The notes under the pieces are model-generated. The model ran no database searches. It was not told the origin of the DNA and worked only from the letters and a program-made list of their open reading frames with translations. 64,000 bases of DNA, from contig CBDCDS010000003.1 in the NCBI GenBank assembly GCA_965215365.1, forward strand, positions 2,432,001 through 2,496,000, given 5' to 3'. The position numbers were made by a program, and so were the translations under genes. Source of the stretch: Gammaproteobacteria bacterium (GTDB taxonomy: Bacteria; Pseudomonadota; Gammaproteobacteria; Eutrophobiales; Eutrophobiaceae). Shown piece by piece: positions 43,250 through 51,620 of this stretch (its first letter is position 1; every line of letters starts with the position of its first letter).

Positions 43250-44329
43250 TCAGTTATGTCTTACCAGACCAAGTAATTGTTCCTTGCTCAAGCCGTCGAT
43301 GCCCATTGTTGCGGCAGAGCGGCCGGGGTTATTGTCACCCACCAACAGCTGCGCCAGTTGCATCAATGATCGGGCGACCGGCGTGCGGACGCCAGCAATG
43401 CCGGCCAACGCCAGCAAAGGTTTTAGCCCGTACCAGAAGTCTTCACGGTAATAGCGATGCGCCAGGGAATCCGGCGCCTTGATTTTACTGTTGGCGGCGC
43501 CACCGCGAATCGCCGCGGCCAGCCCGGCGCCGCGGTCGGCATCACTTTCAATGGTGCCAATGGCTTGCATTTCGGTGAACAGGTCGGGCAACCGGTGTCC
43601 GTAGGCGGCGGCAACGGCCAGGCGTTCGGCGTCCAGCGCCGCCATGATGCGCCCTACGCCGTCCGGCAGTCCTTGCACGTAAAACGTAAAATCACCGTGG
43701 CACGATTCCACCCAGGCTGCGCCCAGGATAGCGCCCGGCGGGTGCAGGATCATATTGACGTTAGCCAGACCGGTGGCGAGCACGTCGGCGGCGGGGGTTG
43801 CAACCGGGTACAGGTCTTGGGCCCGGCTCAGCGCCGCCGCGCCGCCCGGCAGCGCCGCCACCCGCACCTGTTTGGCCGCGCCCGTAATCCACACCGTATC
43901 AGGCTGTGGTTTCCTTGCCACATACGTCAAGGTGGAAAACTCGGCCGTAGGCGGCGGCGCCAGGTTATGGCGCTTGAATACTGCAACAAATTCCAGCGCG
44001 CCGCCGGTGTGACCGGGGTTCAGCACGACCGGGACGGCGTTGGCGCCGAGTTTGACCAGGGCCTCGGCAACGGGGGTGTGCGCCGGCACCGGCAGGCAAA
44101 TGAGAATAACCTGCGCGCCGGCAAGCGCCTCGGCCAGATTTGAGGTCATCAGCTCCGGCGTTGCCAGCCCCTCGCCCAGGACGCCGCGGTAGCGGATACC
44201 CCCGGCCCGTTGAAAAGGCGCCAGCGTTGCCGCGGAACGGTTCCACCAGTGCGTCCTGAAACCGCGTTGCCCCAGTTCCACCGCCGCCGCGGCGCCGCCG
44301 TTGCCGGCGCCCAGGATAGCCACGATCAT
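43250..44329 (-). CDS. NAD/NADP opine (octopine/nopaline) dehydrogenase family protein
   Basis: LGAGNGG, LNPGHTGGALE, NMILHPP, FYVQG, LDAERLA, HRYYRED..YGL. Confidence 0.85.
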   Translation of the reverse strand: MIVAILGAGNGGAAAAVELGQRGFRTHWWNRSAATLAPFQRAGGIRYRGVLGEGLATPELMTSNLAEALAGAQVILICLPVPAHTPVAEALVKLGANAVPVVLNPGHTGGALEFVAVFKRHNLAPPPTAEFSTLTYVARKPQPDTVWITGAAKQVRVAALPGGAAALSRAQDLYPVATPAADVLATGLANVNMILHPPGAILGAAWVESCHGDFTFYVQGLPDGVGRIMAALDAERLAVAAAYGHRLPDLFTEMQAIGTIESDADRGAGLAAAIRGGAANSKIKAPDSLAHRYYREDFWYGLKPLLALAGIAGVRTPVARSLMQLAQLLVGDNNPGRSAATMGIDGLSKEQLLGLVRHN

Positions 44330-45483
44330 GAGGCCGCGTAGCGTTTTATCTTGTCCATATCCACTTCAATGCCAAGCCCCGGCCCTTGCGGCACCAGCAC
44401 ACAGCCGTCTTCAAACCCGAACGGTTCGGTAATAAGGTCATCCAGATAATAAACGCCTGCGACCGCCGGCCCGGTTGCGCCTTTGGGGCTGGATACGGGA
44501 GATACGCTGGGCAAGGTTGCGATCTTCGAGGCGGCGCCCAGATGCAGATTGGCTGCATTGCCGATACCGGACTCTATCGAACCGCCTATATCACTGTACA
44601 TACCCAGCGCGCTGGCAATATGCGCTTGCTGCATAGCCCGGTACAACCCGCCGGGTTTGGTCACGTAACAGGAAAAACAGGAAGCAGCCTTGAGCTCATG
44701 GAGTTCCAGAATGTCGTGGATGGTCCAGGCGGATTCATCAGCCATGACCGGGCAATCGATGCGCGCGGCCACGAAAGCCAGTTGCTTGTTATCCATCAAC
44801 GGCTGTTCACAGAGCAGGATATTGTATTCCTGCTGGCGCCGGGTTACGTTAATCGCCTCCCAGACGTTATCGTAGCCTTCATTGCCATCGACTCTGATTT
44901 TTACTTCGTCTCCGAGCCGTTCACGCAAGCGCCTGACTACTTCGACATCACGCGCCGGGTCCAGGCCGGTCTTGCATTTCAGCGTTTTTGCACCTTCCTC
45001 AACCGCAGTCACCGCCTCATCGACACATTTCTCCACCGGCATAATACCCAGCGAGTGCGCCACTTCGATGCGGTCGCGAAATTGCCCTCCCAACAGCCGG
45101 TACACCGGCACGTTGGCGGCCTTGCCGGCGATGTCGTAACAGGCCATGTCCAGGGCTGCCTTGGCGTAAGGGTTGCCTTTTACCGTCTTGTCCATGGCGC
45201 TGTGAATGACGGCGATGTCGCGCGGATCCAGGCCTTTGACAGCTTCAATCAGGTGCCCGGCGATGACATGCCGGACGGTCTCCGGTGATTCACCGTAATA
45301 GCGATTATGCGGACCACCCCAGGAAATCCCGGCCGGCGCCTCACCCCAGCCGCTTAGTCCCTCATCGGTATCCAGCCGCACTACGGCGTGATAGCCAATC
45401 GGCGCCGTCATCTTGCTCGCCCAGGTATGGTGCCGCCGATTCGGCAACGCCACCAGAAATATTTTACAACCGGTAATTTTCAT
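44326..45483 (-). CDS. Enolase superfamily enzyme (muconate cycloisomerase / dipeptide epimerase subgroup)
   Basis: KCK motif, RVDGNE, EQP, MADES metal ligands, PQGPGLGIEVD; second catalytic Lys position reads YVTKPGG. Confidence 0.85.
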   Translation of the reverse strand: MKITGCKIFLVALPNRRHHTWASKMTAPIGYHAVVRLDTDEGLSGWGEAPAGISWGGPHNRYYGESPETVRHVIAGHLIEAVKGLDPRDIAVIHSAMDKTVKGNPYAKAALDMACYDIAGKAANVPVYRLLGGQFRDRIEVAHSLGIMPVEKCVDEAVTAVEEGAKTLKCKTGLDPARDVEVVRRLRERLGDEVKIRVDGNEGYDNVWEAINVTRRQQEYNILLCEQPLMDNKQLAFVAARIDCPVMADESAWTIHDILELHELKAASCFSCYVTKPGGLYRAMQQAHIASALGMYSDIGGSIESGIGNAANLHLGAASKIATLPSVSPVSSPKGATGPAVAGVYYLDDLITEPFGFEDGCVLVPQGPGLGIEVDMDKIKRYAAS

Positions 45484-45494
45484 GATTCTCTCTT

Positions 45495-45664
45495 AGTAAC
45501 CTCTAAAAATGCCTTCCGTGGCATTTTTGCTGTGTAAATTTACCCTTCCCTGCCTGCCTGTTCACGTCCCTGTGGCTGGATACCGGCCAATCCTTGGCCA
45601 GCATGACGAACTTGCATGCCAGCGGGGTGTGCAGCGTCCTGAGCATGGGGGTTTAGAGGCGCCC
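45495..45664. mobile_element. MITE-like element (~170 bp)
   Basis: Terminal inverted AACCTCTAAA / TTTAGAGGCGCCC; internal hairpins GCCTTCCGTGGC, CACGTCCCTGTG, GGCCAATCCTTGGCC; first ~100 bp similar to 50276-50374. Confidence 0.7.
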
Positions 45665-45716
45665 TCTTGTTCACAGTGGCTGTCGGGGTGACGCCGGGAA
45701 GGCTTATTATACCGAG

Positions 45717-45743
45717 ATATTGATCACAATGTGTGATCAATAT
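45717..45743. promoter_or_regulatory. Cluster operator copy 2 (double site)
   Basis: Perfect ATATTGATCACA-atg-TGTGATCAATAT palindrome next to minus-strand TATAAT (45706-45711). Confidence 0.7.
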
Positions 45744-45754
45744 ATTGGTTGGGA

Positions 45755-46513
45755 TCAGATGCCGCCGAACGTGGCGCCGCCATTAACCAGGATAGTTTGT
45801 CCTGACACCATTGCGGCTTCCGGACTACACAGGAAGGCAACGGCGGCGGCCACGTCGGTAGCGGCCAGCGGTTGCCGAATGGCCTGATTTTGCACGGCTT
45901 GTTCGAGTATCTCGGCGCCAATGGCTTGCCTGGCGGTGGCGGTGGGCACCAGCCCCGGCGCTACTGCGTTGACGCTGACACCAAACGGGCCCAATTCCGC
46001 AGCCATGCTGCGGGTCATGCCCGCAACCGCGGATTTGGCCGCTACATAGTGCATCAGGTTGGGCAGGCCGAAGGTAATGACTGCGGAGGACAGGTTGATA
46101 ATGCGTCCCCATCGCTGCTGTCGCATCGGCGCTGAGGCGACGCGGCTGCACAGGAACACCGAGCGCACATTGACCATGATGACCTGCTCCCATTCACTCA
46201 GGTCGAGCTCCCAGAACGGCCGGCGCGCAACCGCATAAAAGCCGGCGTTATTAACCAGTATGTCTGTACTTTTGTGCCGCCTGAGAATGGTGTCGAAGGT
46301 GTCGGTCACCTGCGCTTCATCAGTCAGGTCGGCGCAGTACCAGGCGGCGCTGCCCCCGGCCTCTTCGATCATGGCAACCGTGTCGGTCGCAGCGTCCAGA
46401 TCGATTATAACCAAATCAGCGCCACGCGCAGCCAGCGTCCGGGCTATGGCCTGCCCCAGCCCGGTCGCGCCGCCGGTGACGACTGCGGTTTTTCCCTTCA
46501 GCGCTGTTGCCAA
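45755..46513 (-). CDS. SDR-family oxidoreductase
   Basis: TGGATGLG, LVNNAG, YVAAK, VNAVAPG; probable TTG start at 46513. Confidence 0.88.
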   Translation of the reverse strand: MATALKGKTAVVTGGATGLGQAIARTLAARGADLVIIDLDAATDTVAMIEEAGGSAAWYCADLTDEAQVTDTFDTILRRHKSTDILVNNAGFYAVARRPFWELDLSEWEQVIMVNVRSVFLCSRVASAPMRQQRWGRIINLSSAVITFGLPNLMHYVAAKSAVAGMTRSMAAELGPFGVSVNAVAPGLVPTATARQAIGAEILEQAVQNQAIRQPLAATDVAAAVAFLCSPEAAMVSGQTILVNGGATFGGI

Positions 46514-46547
46514 GTGATATTGACCGGGTTGGGGCCACAGTGCGGTG

Positions 46548-47810
46548 TCATAGCGGCCATTCGACCTGTACCGCGCGCGGACCGTGGAAGCAGATGTTGG
46601 GCAGATAGTCAAAGTGTTGGCCGGCGACCAGTTGCATGTCGGGTAAGCGCCGGCTCAGTACCTCCAGCGTGACTCGAGCCTCCAGCTGCGCCAGCGCCGC
46701 GCCCAGGCAGCGGTGGATGCCACTGCCGAAGGACAGGTGTTGAGCGGCGTTGTGCCGGGTTATATCCAGTTGTTCCGCGTTCTCAAACACTTCGTCGTCG
46801 CGGTTGGCGGCGCCCAGCAGCAACAACAGTTGCGCCCCTGCGGGGACTTTCACGCCGGCAATGTCCAGCTCCCGTTTGGCCTTACGGCGCCAGCTGATGA
46901 CCGACGAGTCATAACGCAGAATTTCCTCGACGGCGCCGGGTATCAGGGCCGGCTCGGCCACGATCCGCGCCCATGCCTGCGGCTGACTGAGCAACTGTAC
47001 GATACTGTTGCCCAGCAGGCTGGAGGTCGTTTCGTGACCGGCGGTAAAAAAGGCAAACAGGATGCTGGCGATAACGTCCAGGCTGAGAATTTCGTCCTTG
47101 CCGGCGCGCACCCGCAGCAGCTCGCTGGTCAAGTCATTGGTGGGAGCGGCCAGACGCGCGTCCACCAGTTGGCGGCACAGTCGGAAGAAACCCGCAAGCC
47201 CGCGTGCCAGTCGCGTCTGCTCTGCCTCAGTCGGGCGCCCCCAGACAAACAGGATACGGTTCTGCGCGCCTTGCTTGATCGCTGGGACCTGATCGTCGGG
47301 GAACCCCAGCATCTTCAAGATAACCAGGGCCGGCAGGTCAAACAACAATTCGCCCATGAGCTCGGCCTTGCCGTTTTGCTGAAAGCCGTCAACGGCATTA
47401 TTCACCACCGCGCAAACATAAGGTTCCAGCCCGGCGATACGACGCGGGGTAAACGCCTTGACCACATTCATGCGCGTTTTGGTATGCTGCGGGCGGTCGG
47501 CATTACCCAACGCCGGCAGCATGTTCCAGCCGCCGTCTGTTAACGCCTGTTGGGCCGCTGCGCACAGGGGATGCAGCGGCGCAATGGTATTCTGCGCCGA
47601 ATAATTGTCGTAATCCCGGAGTATCTGCTTCACGTCCTGATAACGGCTGACCACCCAGTGGTCGATGTCTTCTGCGTAAAACACCGGCGCCTGATCTCTG
47701 AGCAACCTGAAGCAAGGATAGGGATCAGATAATTGCGGCTCCCGGAACAGGTCAAAACGACCGCCGATCGTGCCGGGCAGCGAGGTGTCAGTGTCAGTCG
47801 TCAGCGCCAT
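46548..47810 (-). CDS. Cytochrome P450
   Basis: AGHETT I-helix, EEILR (ExxR), FGSGIHRCLG heme motif. Confidence 0.95.
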   Translation of the reverse strand: MALTTDTDTSLPGTIGGRFDLFREPQLSDPYPCFRLLRDQAPVFYAEDIDHWVVSRYQDVKQILRDYDNYSAQNTIAPLHPLCAAAQQALTDGGWNMLPALGNADRPQHTKTRMNVVKAFTPRRIAGLEPYVCAVVNNAVDGFQQNGKAELMGELLFDLPALVILKMLGFPDDQVPAIKQGAQNRILFVWGRPTEAEQTRLARGLAGFFRLCRQLVDARLAAPTNDLTSELLRVRAGKDEILSLDVIASILFAFFTAGHETTSSLLGNSIVQLLSQPQAWARIVAEPALIPGAVEEILRYDSSVISWRRKAKRELDIAGVKVPAGAQLLLLLGAANRDDEVFENAEQLDITRHNAAQHLSFGSGIHRCLGAALAQLEARVTLEVLSRRLPDMQLVAGQHFDYLPNICFHGPRAVQVEWPL

Positions 47811-47860
47811 GAATTACTTTACCCTTATGATAGATGTTATACTATAACACCACGAGTAAA

Positions 47861-47887
47861 GGTCACCTCTATTAATTAGAGGCAACC
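47861..47887. repeat. Minimal MITE-end palindrome
   Basis: GGTCACCTCTA-ttaat-TAGAGGCAACC; similar to 16464 and 57750 copies. Confidence 0.6.
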
Positions 47888-47912
47888 TGAACTCAACAAC
47901 GCGAGGCTTTGA

Positions 47913-48188
47913 ATGAACATAGGGTTTAATGTGGTTGTTCACACAGATGAGGATGGCGGCTATTGGGCAGAAGTAGAAAATATGCCCGGATGCATCACGG
48001 AAGGAGATACGATTCCAGAGCTGACGAGTAATTTGCAAGAGGCTATATCCGGCTGGCTGTCAGTCATGGTGGATAATATGAAAGTGAACCTGGAAAAGCA
48101 TATACAGGAGACAGATTTTGAAACGGATCAGCGGGAGACGTATGTGTACTCTTGTCCAACAGAATGGATGGAAGCGAAAGCGCATTAG
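47913..48188 (+). CDS. hicB: HicB-family antitoxin
   Basis: VVHTDEDGGYWAEVENMPGCITEGDTIPELTSNLQEAISGWL. Confidence 0.88.
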   Translation: MNIGFNVVVHTDEDGGYWAEVENMPGCITEGDTIPELTSNLQEAISGWLSVMVDNMKVNLEKHIQETDFETDQRETYVYSCPTEWMEAKAH

Positions 48189-48324
48189 CGGCAGCCACCA
48201 CATCTTCGGCAAAGAAGGCATTGATTTTCCGCTCACCATTCCGGTACATGGCAACAGGATTTTAAAGCCGGGGACGCAGGCAGCGATAATGAAAACCGCT
48301 GGCATATCATCTACAGACCTGTAG
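48118..48324 (+). CDS. hicA: HicA-family toxin
   Basis: GWKRKRISGSHHIF, IPVHGNRILKPGT...IMKTAG. Confidence 0.88.
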   Translation: MKRISGRRMCTLVQQNGWKRKRISGSHHIFGKEGIDFPLTIPVHGNRILKPGTQAAIMKTAGISSTDL

Positions 48325-49353
48325 ACAAGTCCGATAAACCCGATACCGATCAATATCATAACCGGCTTCCTCGGCAGCGGCAAGACGACCGTGTTGAATC
48401 AATTACTGTCGTCGCCGGCACTGGCGGACACGGCCGTGCTTATCAACGAGTTCGGCGAGGTCGGGCTTGACCACCTGCTGGTGCGCGCCGTGGATGACGA
48501 TATTGTGCTGCTGGAGTCGGGCTGTGTGTGCTGCAGCGTGCGTGATGACTTTTGCGCGTCCCTGCTCAGGCTGCATGGGCAACGCGCGGCCGGGAATATC
48601 CCTGCGTTTCAACGGGTGATACTCGAAACCACGGGTATCGCCGACCCCATTGCCATCAGCGAGTTGATACTAGCGGACGCGGACCTCGCCCGGCGTTATG
48701 CGTGTCGGCAAATCCTTACCATTGTCGATGCGGTGCATGGTCGCGGTAACCTTGACCGGCATATCGAGGCGGTGAAACAGGTGAGTGTTGCCGACCGTAT
48801 CATCCTGTCCAAAACCGACCTGTGCGAGCGCGTACAGCTTGACCGCGTGGAGGAACGGCTGCAACGGCTGAACCCGTTGGCGCCGCGTGCATATTGCGGC
48901 GCCGAGCCCGTGGACCCTGGTATCCTGCCCGCCGATGGCGGCGCCGATGACGCCCCGGAAACCGGTCAACTGCCGCCGTCGGGTGGATTGGGAGAGAAAG
49001 CCGGGGCAGCGCCACCTGAGCAGCTCCACGCAGCGCCGCATGACCATCGCTTTGCCACGTTTTCCCTGACCTGGCCGGAGGCGGTGCAATGGGATGATTT
49101 TGTCGCCTGGCTGGAGGGGTTGCTGATTGTGCGCGGCGACAGTATTCACCGAGTGAAGGGGCTGTTGAGCGTGTTTGGTGAGACGCGCCCGCTGGTCATC
49201 CAGGGCGTGCAACATTCATTTTATGCGCCGGTGAAGCTGGCTGACTGGCCGAACGGCCAGGCGCTAACCCGGCTGGTTTTTATCACCAGTGACTTCAGCA
49301 AACAGGCCGCCATAAACAGCCTGGAAACTATCCTGGACGTCAGCGCGGGTTAA
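48325..49353 (+). CDS. CobW/COG0523 metallochaperone GTPase, canonical start codon apparently missing
   Basis: IPINIITGFLGSGKTT (48343-48390), INEFGEVGLD, SGCVCC, ILETTG, SKTD, RVKG; no ATG/GTG/TTG between the hicA stop and Walker A. Confidence 0.8.
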   Translation, partial: TSPINPIPINIITGFLGSGKTTVLNQLLSSPALADTAVLINEFGEVGLDHLLVRAVDDDIVLLESGCVCCSVRDDFCASLLRLHGQRAAGNIPAFQRVILETTGIADPIAISELILADADLARRYACRQILTIVDAVHGRGNLDRHIEAVKQVSVADRIILSKTDLCERVQLDRVEERLQRLNPLAPRAYCGAEPVDPGILPADGGADDAPETGQLPPSGGLGEKAGAAPPEQLHAAPHDHRFATFSLTWPEAVQWDDFVAWLEGLLIVRGDSIHRVKGLLSVFGETRPLVIQGVQHSFYAPVKLADWPNGQALTRLVFITSDFSKQAAINSLETILDVSAG

Positions 49354-49378
49354 CCCGCAGATCTCACCAGGCCGCGAT

Positions 49379-50170
49379 ATGACCCTGTCCAAGTCCGTAC
49401 CGTCAGGTGAAAATCAGGCGCCGCCCGGGGGCTGCTCCACGGCGACAACCATTCCGGTAGTGGTGGTGAAGGACTACCTGCCCTTTTTGCAGGAACAGCT
49501 GGCCGTGCTTGCTCAACCCGGCCGCAAAATACGCCCCTGGCAGCTGTGGGAATTGCACAACCCCTGGAGCCGCGCCGCCCAGGTGGTGGACAGTTGGACA
49601 TTCCTGGACCTGTGCCAGTCCCAAGCGCTGCTGCAACGCATTACACCGTTTATCGGCGCGGATATTATCCTGTTTGACAGCCAGTTTTCACCAGACCTGC
49701 TCAATGTCGGCCAACCCGCTCGGGCATGGCAAAATGACCGCCTGCGCTGCCCGATCACTCCCCTGCGCGCGCTGGTAGTGCGCATTCCCGTTCCAGGCCG
49801 CATTGACGCCGGTGCAACGTTCCGTTATAAAGCAGGACAAGGTGAAGCGCGGGCGCTCGACTATACTGGCGACACTATCATCTGCCACGACGCGGATTTG
49901 GATTACCGTATTGAGGACACTGTGATTGATGGCTCTGGGATTGATGGCCCTGGGCAGCAACCGTCGGAGTATGTAATACGCTACTTTCCGGCCACGTCCC
50001 GTTACCTGCGCGACCCGGCGGCGACCGTACACCGGCAATTAACGGAACGCTATCCCCTGCTGAATTATGCAAAAATGCCACTGTGGCTGGTGCAGGGTAA
50101 AGACCAGGCCGACAATGATTTTGTAACCGGTTTTCAACCGAAGGCGGGCCGATGGGTAGCGGGCGGCTAA
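49379..50170 (+). CDS. Degenerate phytanoyl-CoA dioxygenase (PhyH)-like protein
   Basis: FLDLCQ...IGADIILFDSQF, IRYFPATS, PLWLVQGKDQADNDFVTG resemble PhyH-type proteins; HxD replaced by WQND. Confidence 0.5.
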   Translation: MTLSKSVPSGENQAPPGGCSTATTIPVVVVKDYLPFLQEQLAVLAQPGRKIRPWQLWELHNPWSRAAQVVDSWTFLDLCQSQALLQRITPFIGADIILFDSQFSPDLLNVGQPARAWQNDRLRCPITPLRALVVRIPVPGRIDAGATFRYKAGQGEARALDYTGDTIICHDADLDYRIEDTVIDGSGIDGPGQQPSEYVIRYFPATSRYLRDPAATVHRQLTERYPLLNYAKMPLWLVQGKDQADNDFVTGFQPKAGRWVAGG

Positions 50171-50275
50171 CCCGCAGTGCGATAATAACAGGCAGTATGC
50201 CGCACACCTGCTGCGTTGAGTGTGCGCAATATTTCCTCAATCACCAGTCCTTCCCAACTTGCTCCCATAAGTTAC

Positions 50276-50433
50276 GGTAACCTCTAAAAATACCCTCCAT
50301 GGTATTTTTGCTGTGTAAATTTACCTGCCCCTGCCTGTTTACGTCCCTGTAACTGGATACCGGCCATTCCCTGGAGTACTATCAACCACTCACACAGCCC
50401 GCCCCTGAGTCTCATAGGTATTGAACCTGGACA
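50276..50433 (+). mobile_element. Chimeric relic: MITE left part fused to a diverged IS481 right end
   Basis: 50276-50374 similar to the 45495 element; 50372-50433 matches the last ~62 bp of the IS (...TTGAACCTGGACA) with several substitutions. Confidence 0.75.
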
Positions 50434-50439
50434 TAAGTG

Positions 50440-50468
50440 TTGACTTTCTCTGGCCATTATGGTATAGC
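50440..50468 (+). promoter_or_regulatory. Putative sigma70 promoter
   Basis: TTGACT-17 nt-TATAGC with extended TGn. Confidence 0.55.
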
Positions 50469-50509
50469 TTGATATTGAGGTACCTAACTTGATCATCAGG
50501 AGAGAGATA

Positions 50510-51030
50510 ATGAAACCATTTACCCTTTTACCCCCCCCCCCCCCCCACTTATGCTGACCGCCGCCCTGGTGGCGTTGGTCCTGCCGATGACAACATATGC
50601 GCAGTGCCCGGATGGATTGGTCCAGAGAGATAACGTCTTTCTGAACATAACCGTGGGTCAGAACCGAGGGTCGATATACAACCCGACTACAAACGAGTTT
50701 ATGACCGACACGACAAAGCATTCGGCCATGGTTACGCTCAACCCAGCAGCCGAGCAGGCTATCAAACTCCAGTACACCCGTGCCCAATTCCTTTATGCGG
50801 TGCAGGGCGAAGAAGGCGAAGGCGAGACCCTTGTCCACAACGGCGCCTACGTGTCCGCCGGACGCCTTCATAATGGTCAGCTCTCGGAGATTTTCATTCC
50901 GATCTCCTTCCATAACCTGGAACCGGGCAAAAAGTACGCTGCGGAAATTCATGTACAGAATACCAATCACTTCCCTGAGCGGCGCCTATTATTCCGGCGA
51001 TGTTTCCAGACACCAACGCCCGCGCCCTGA
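50510..51030 (+). pseudogene. Exported hypothetical protein frameshifted in a C16 tract (putative phase-variable gene)
   Basis: AGGAG RBS + ATG 50510; C16 at 50531-50546 gives a stop at 50555-50557; C14 or C17 would join the signal-peptide ORF 50551-51030. Confidence 0.65.
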
Positions 51031-51186
51031 CCGCCCGACATCCTCCCATATCCGCGGGGCAGCACCCGGTGCCCCGCAGAATTATATTCGACAGTACAAT
51101 TCCCCAGTCAAGTGCCCATTTCGTGTGCACCGTGTAGGTGAGATCTGCGGGCTAAAAATGCCACGGAAGACATTTTAAGCGATTCC

Positions 51187-51297
51187 TCAAACTTGGTCGG
51201 ATTTACGATCGGCGCGGTCTTGTGCGCGGGCGACATACAACATGACCAAGGCGCCCAAGCCGGCGATCAATCCCGCGGTGAGTAATGCGAGGTTCAT
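51187..51297 (-). CDS. Small single-TM protein (36 aa)
   Basis: MNLALLTAGLIAGLGALVMLYVARAQDRADRKSDQV; ATGA overlap with the upstream ORF. Confidence 0.45.
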   Translation of the reverse strand: MNLALLTAGLIAGLGALVMLYVARAQDRADRKSDQV

Positions 51298-51467
51298 TTA
51301 CGTTGCTCCAGGTTACCGTACCACGACACGACCAAACCAATCCCAGTGAGCAGACCAGCACTGAGAACCTGGCCTTCTTCCAGGAAACCGGCCACCAGAC
51401 CAGCAGCGATCAGGATGATACCGAGACGCCGGCAGTCCTCGGCCGTGGTGATAAGGTTCAACTTCAT
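51294..51467 (-). CDS. Small two-TM membrane protein (57 aa)
   Basis: MKLNLITTAEDCRRLGIILIAAGLVAGFL...LSAGLLTGIGLVVSWYG. Confidence 0.5.
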   Translation of the reverse strand: MKLNLITTAEDCRRLGIILIAAGLVAGFLEEGQVLSAGLLTGIGLVVSWYGNLEQRK

Positions 51468-51544
51468 TGCCTGGCAAGTGTAGCACAAATTGGATAGTGC
51501 CTGCCAACATAAGATGAGTTTCAGGTGCAAACAATTCGCCCGCA

Positions 51545-51553
51545 TTGTGATCA
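51545..51553. promoter_or_regulatory. Cluster operator copy 3
   Basis: TTGTGATCA about 70 bp upstream of the permease start. Confidence 0.5.
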
Positions 51554-51620
51554 GGACAAGAAAGTGTCACTATTCCGATTGTGAAAACCATACCAACATG
51601 GCACGAAGCTGTCAGACAAC

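Noticed and set aside
43250-44329. Opine metallophore (staphylopine/pseudopaline) biosynthesis
   Set aside because: No nicotianamine synthase-like gene or exporter nearby; neighbours are hydrolytic and catabolic
48322-48324. Pyrrolysine or amber recoding between hicA and cobW
   Set aside because: No pyl genes seen, and TAG ends other intact genes here (aceA, Crp, fchA); insertion damage is simpler
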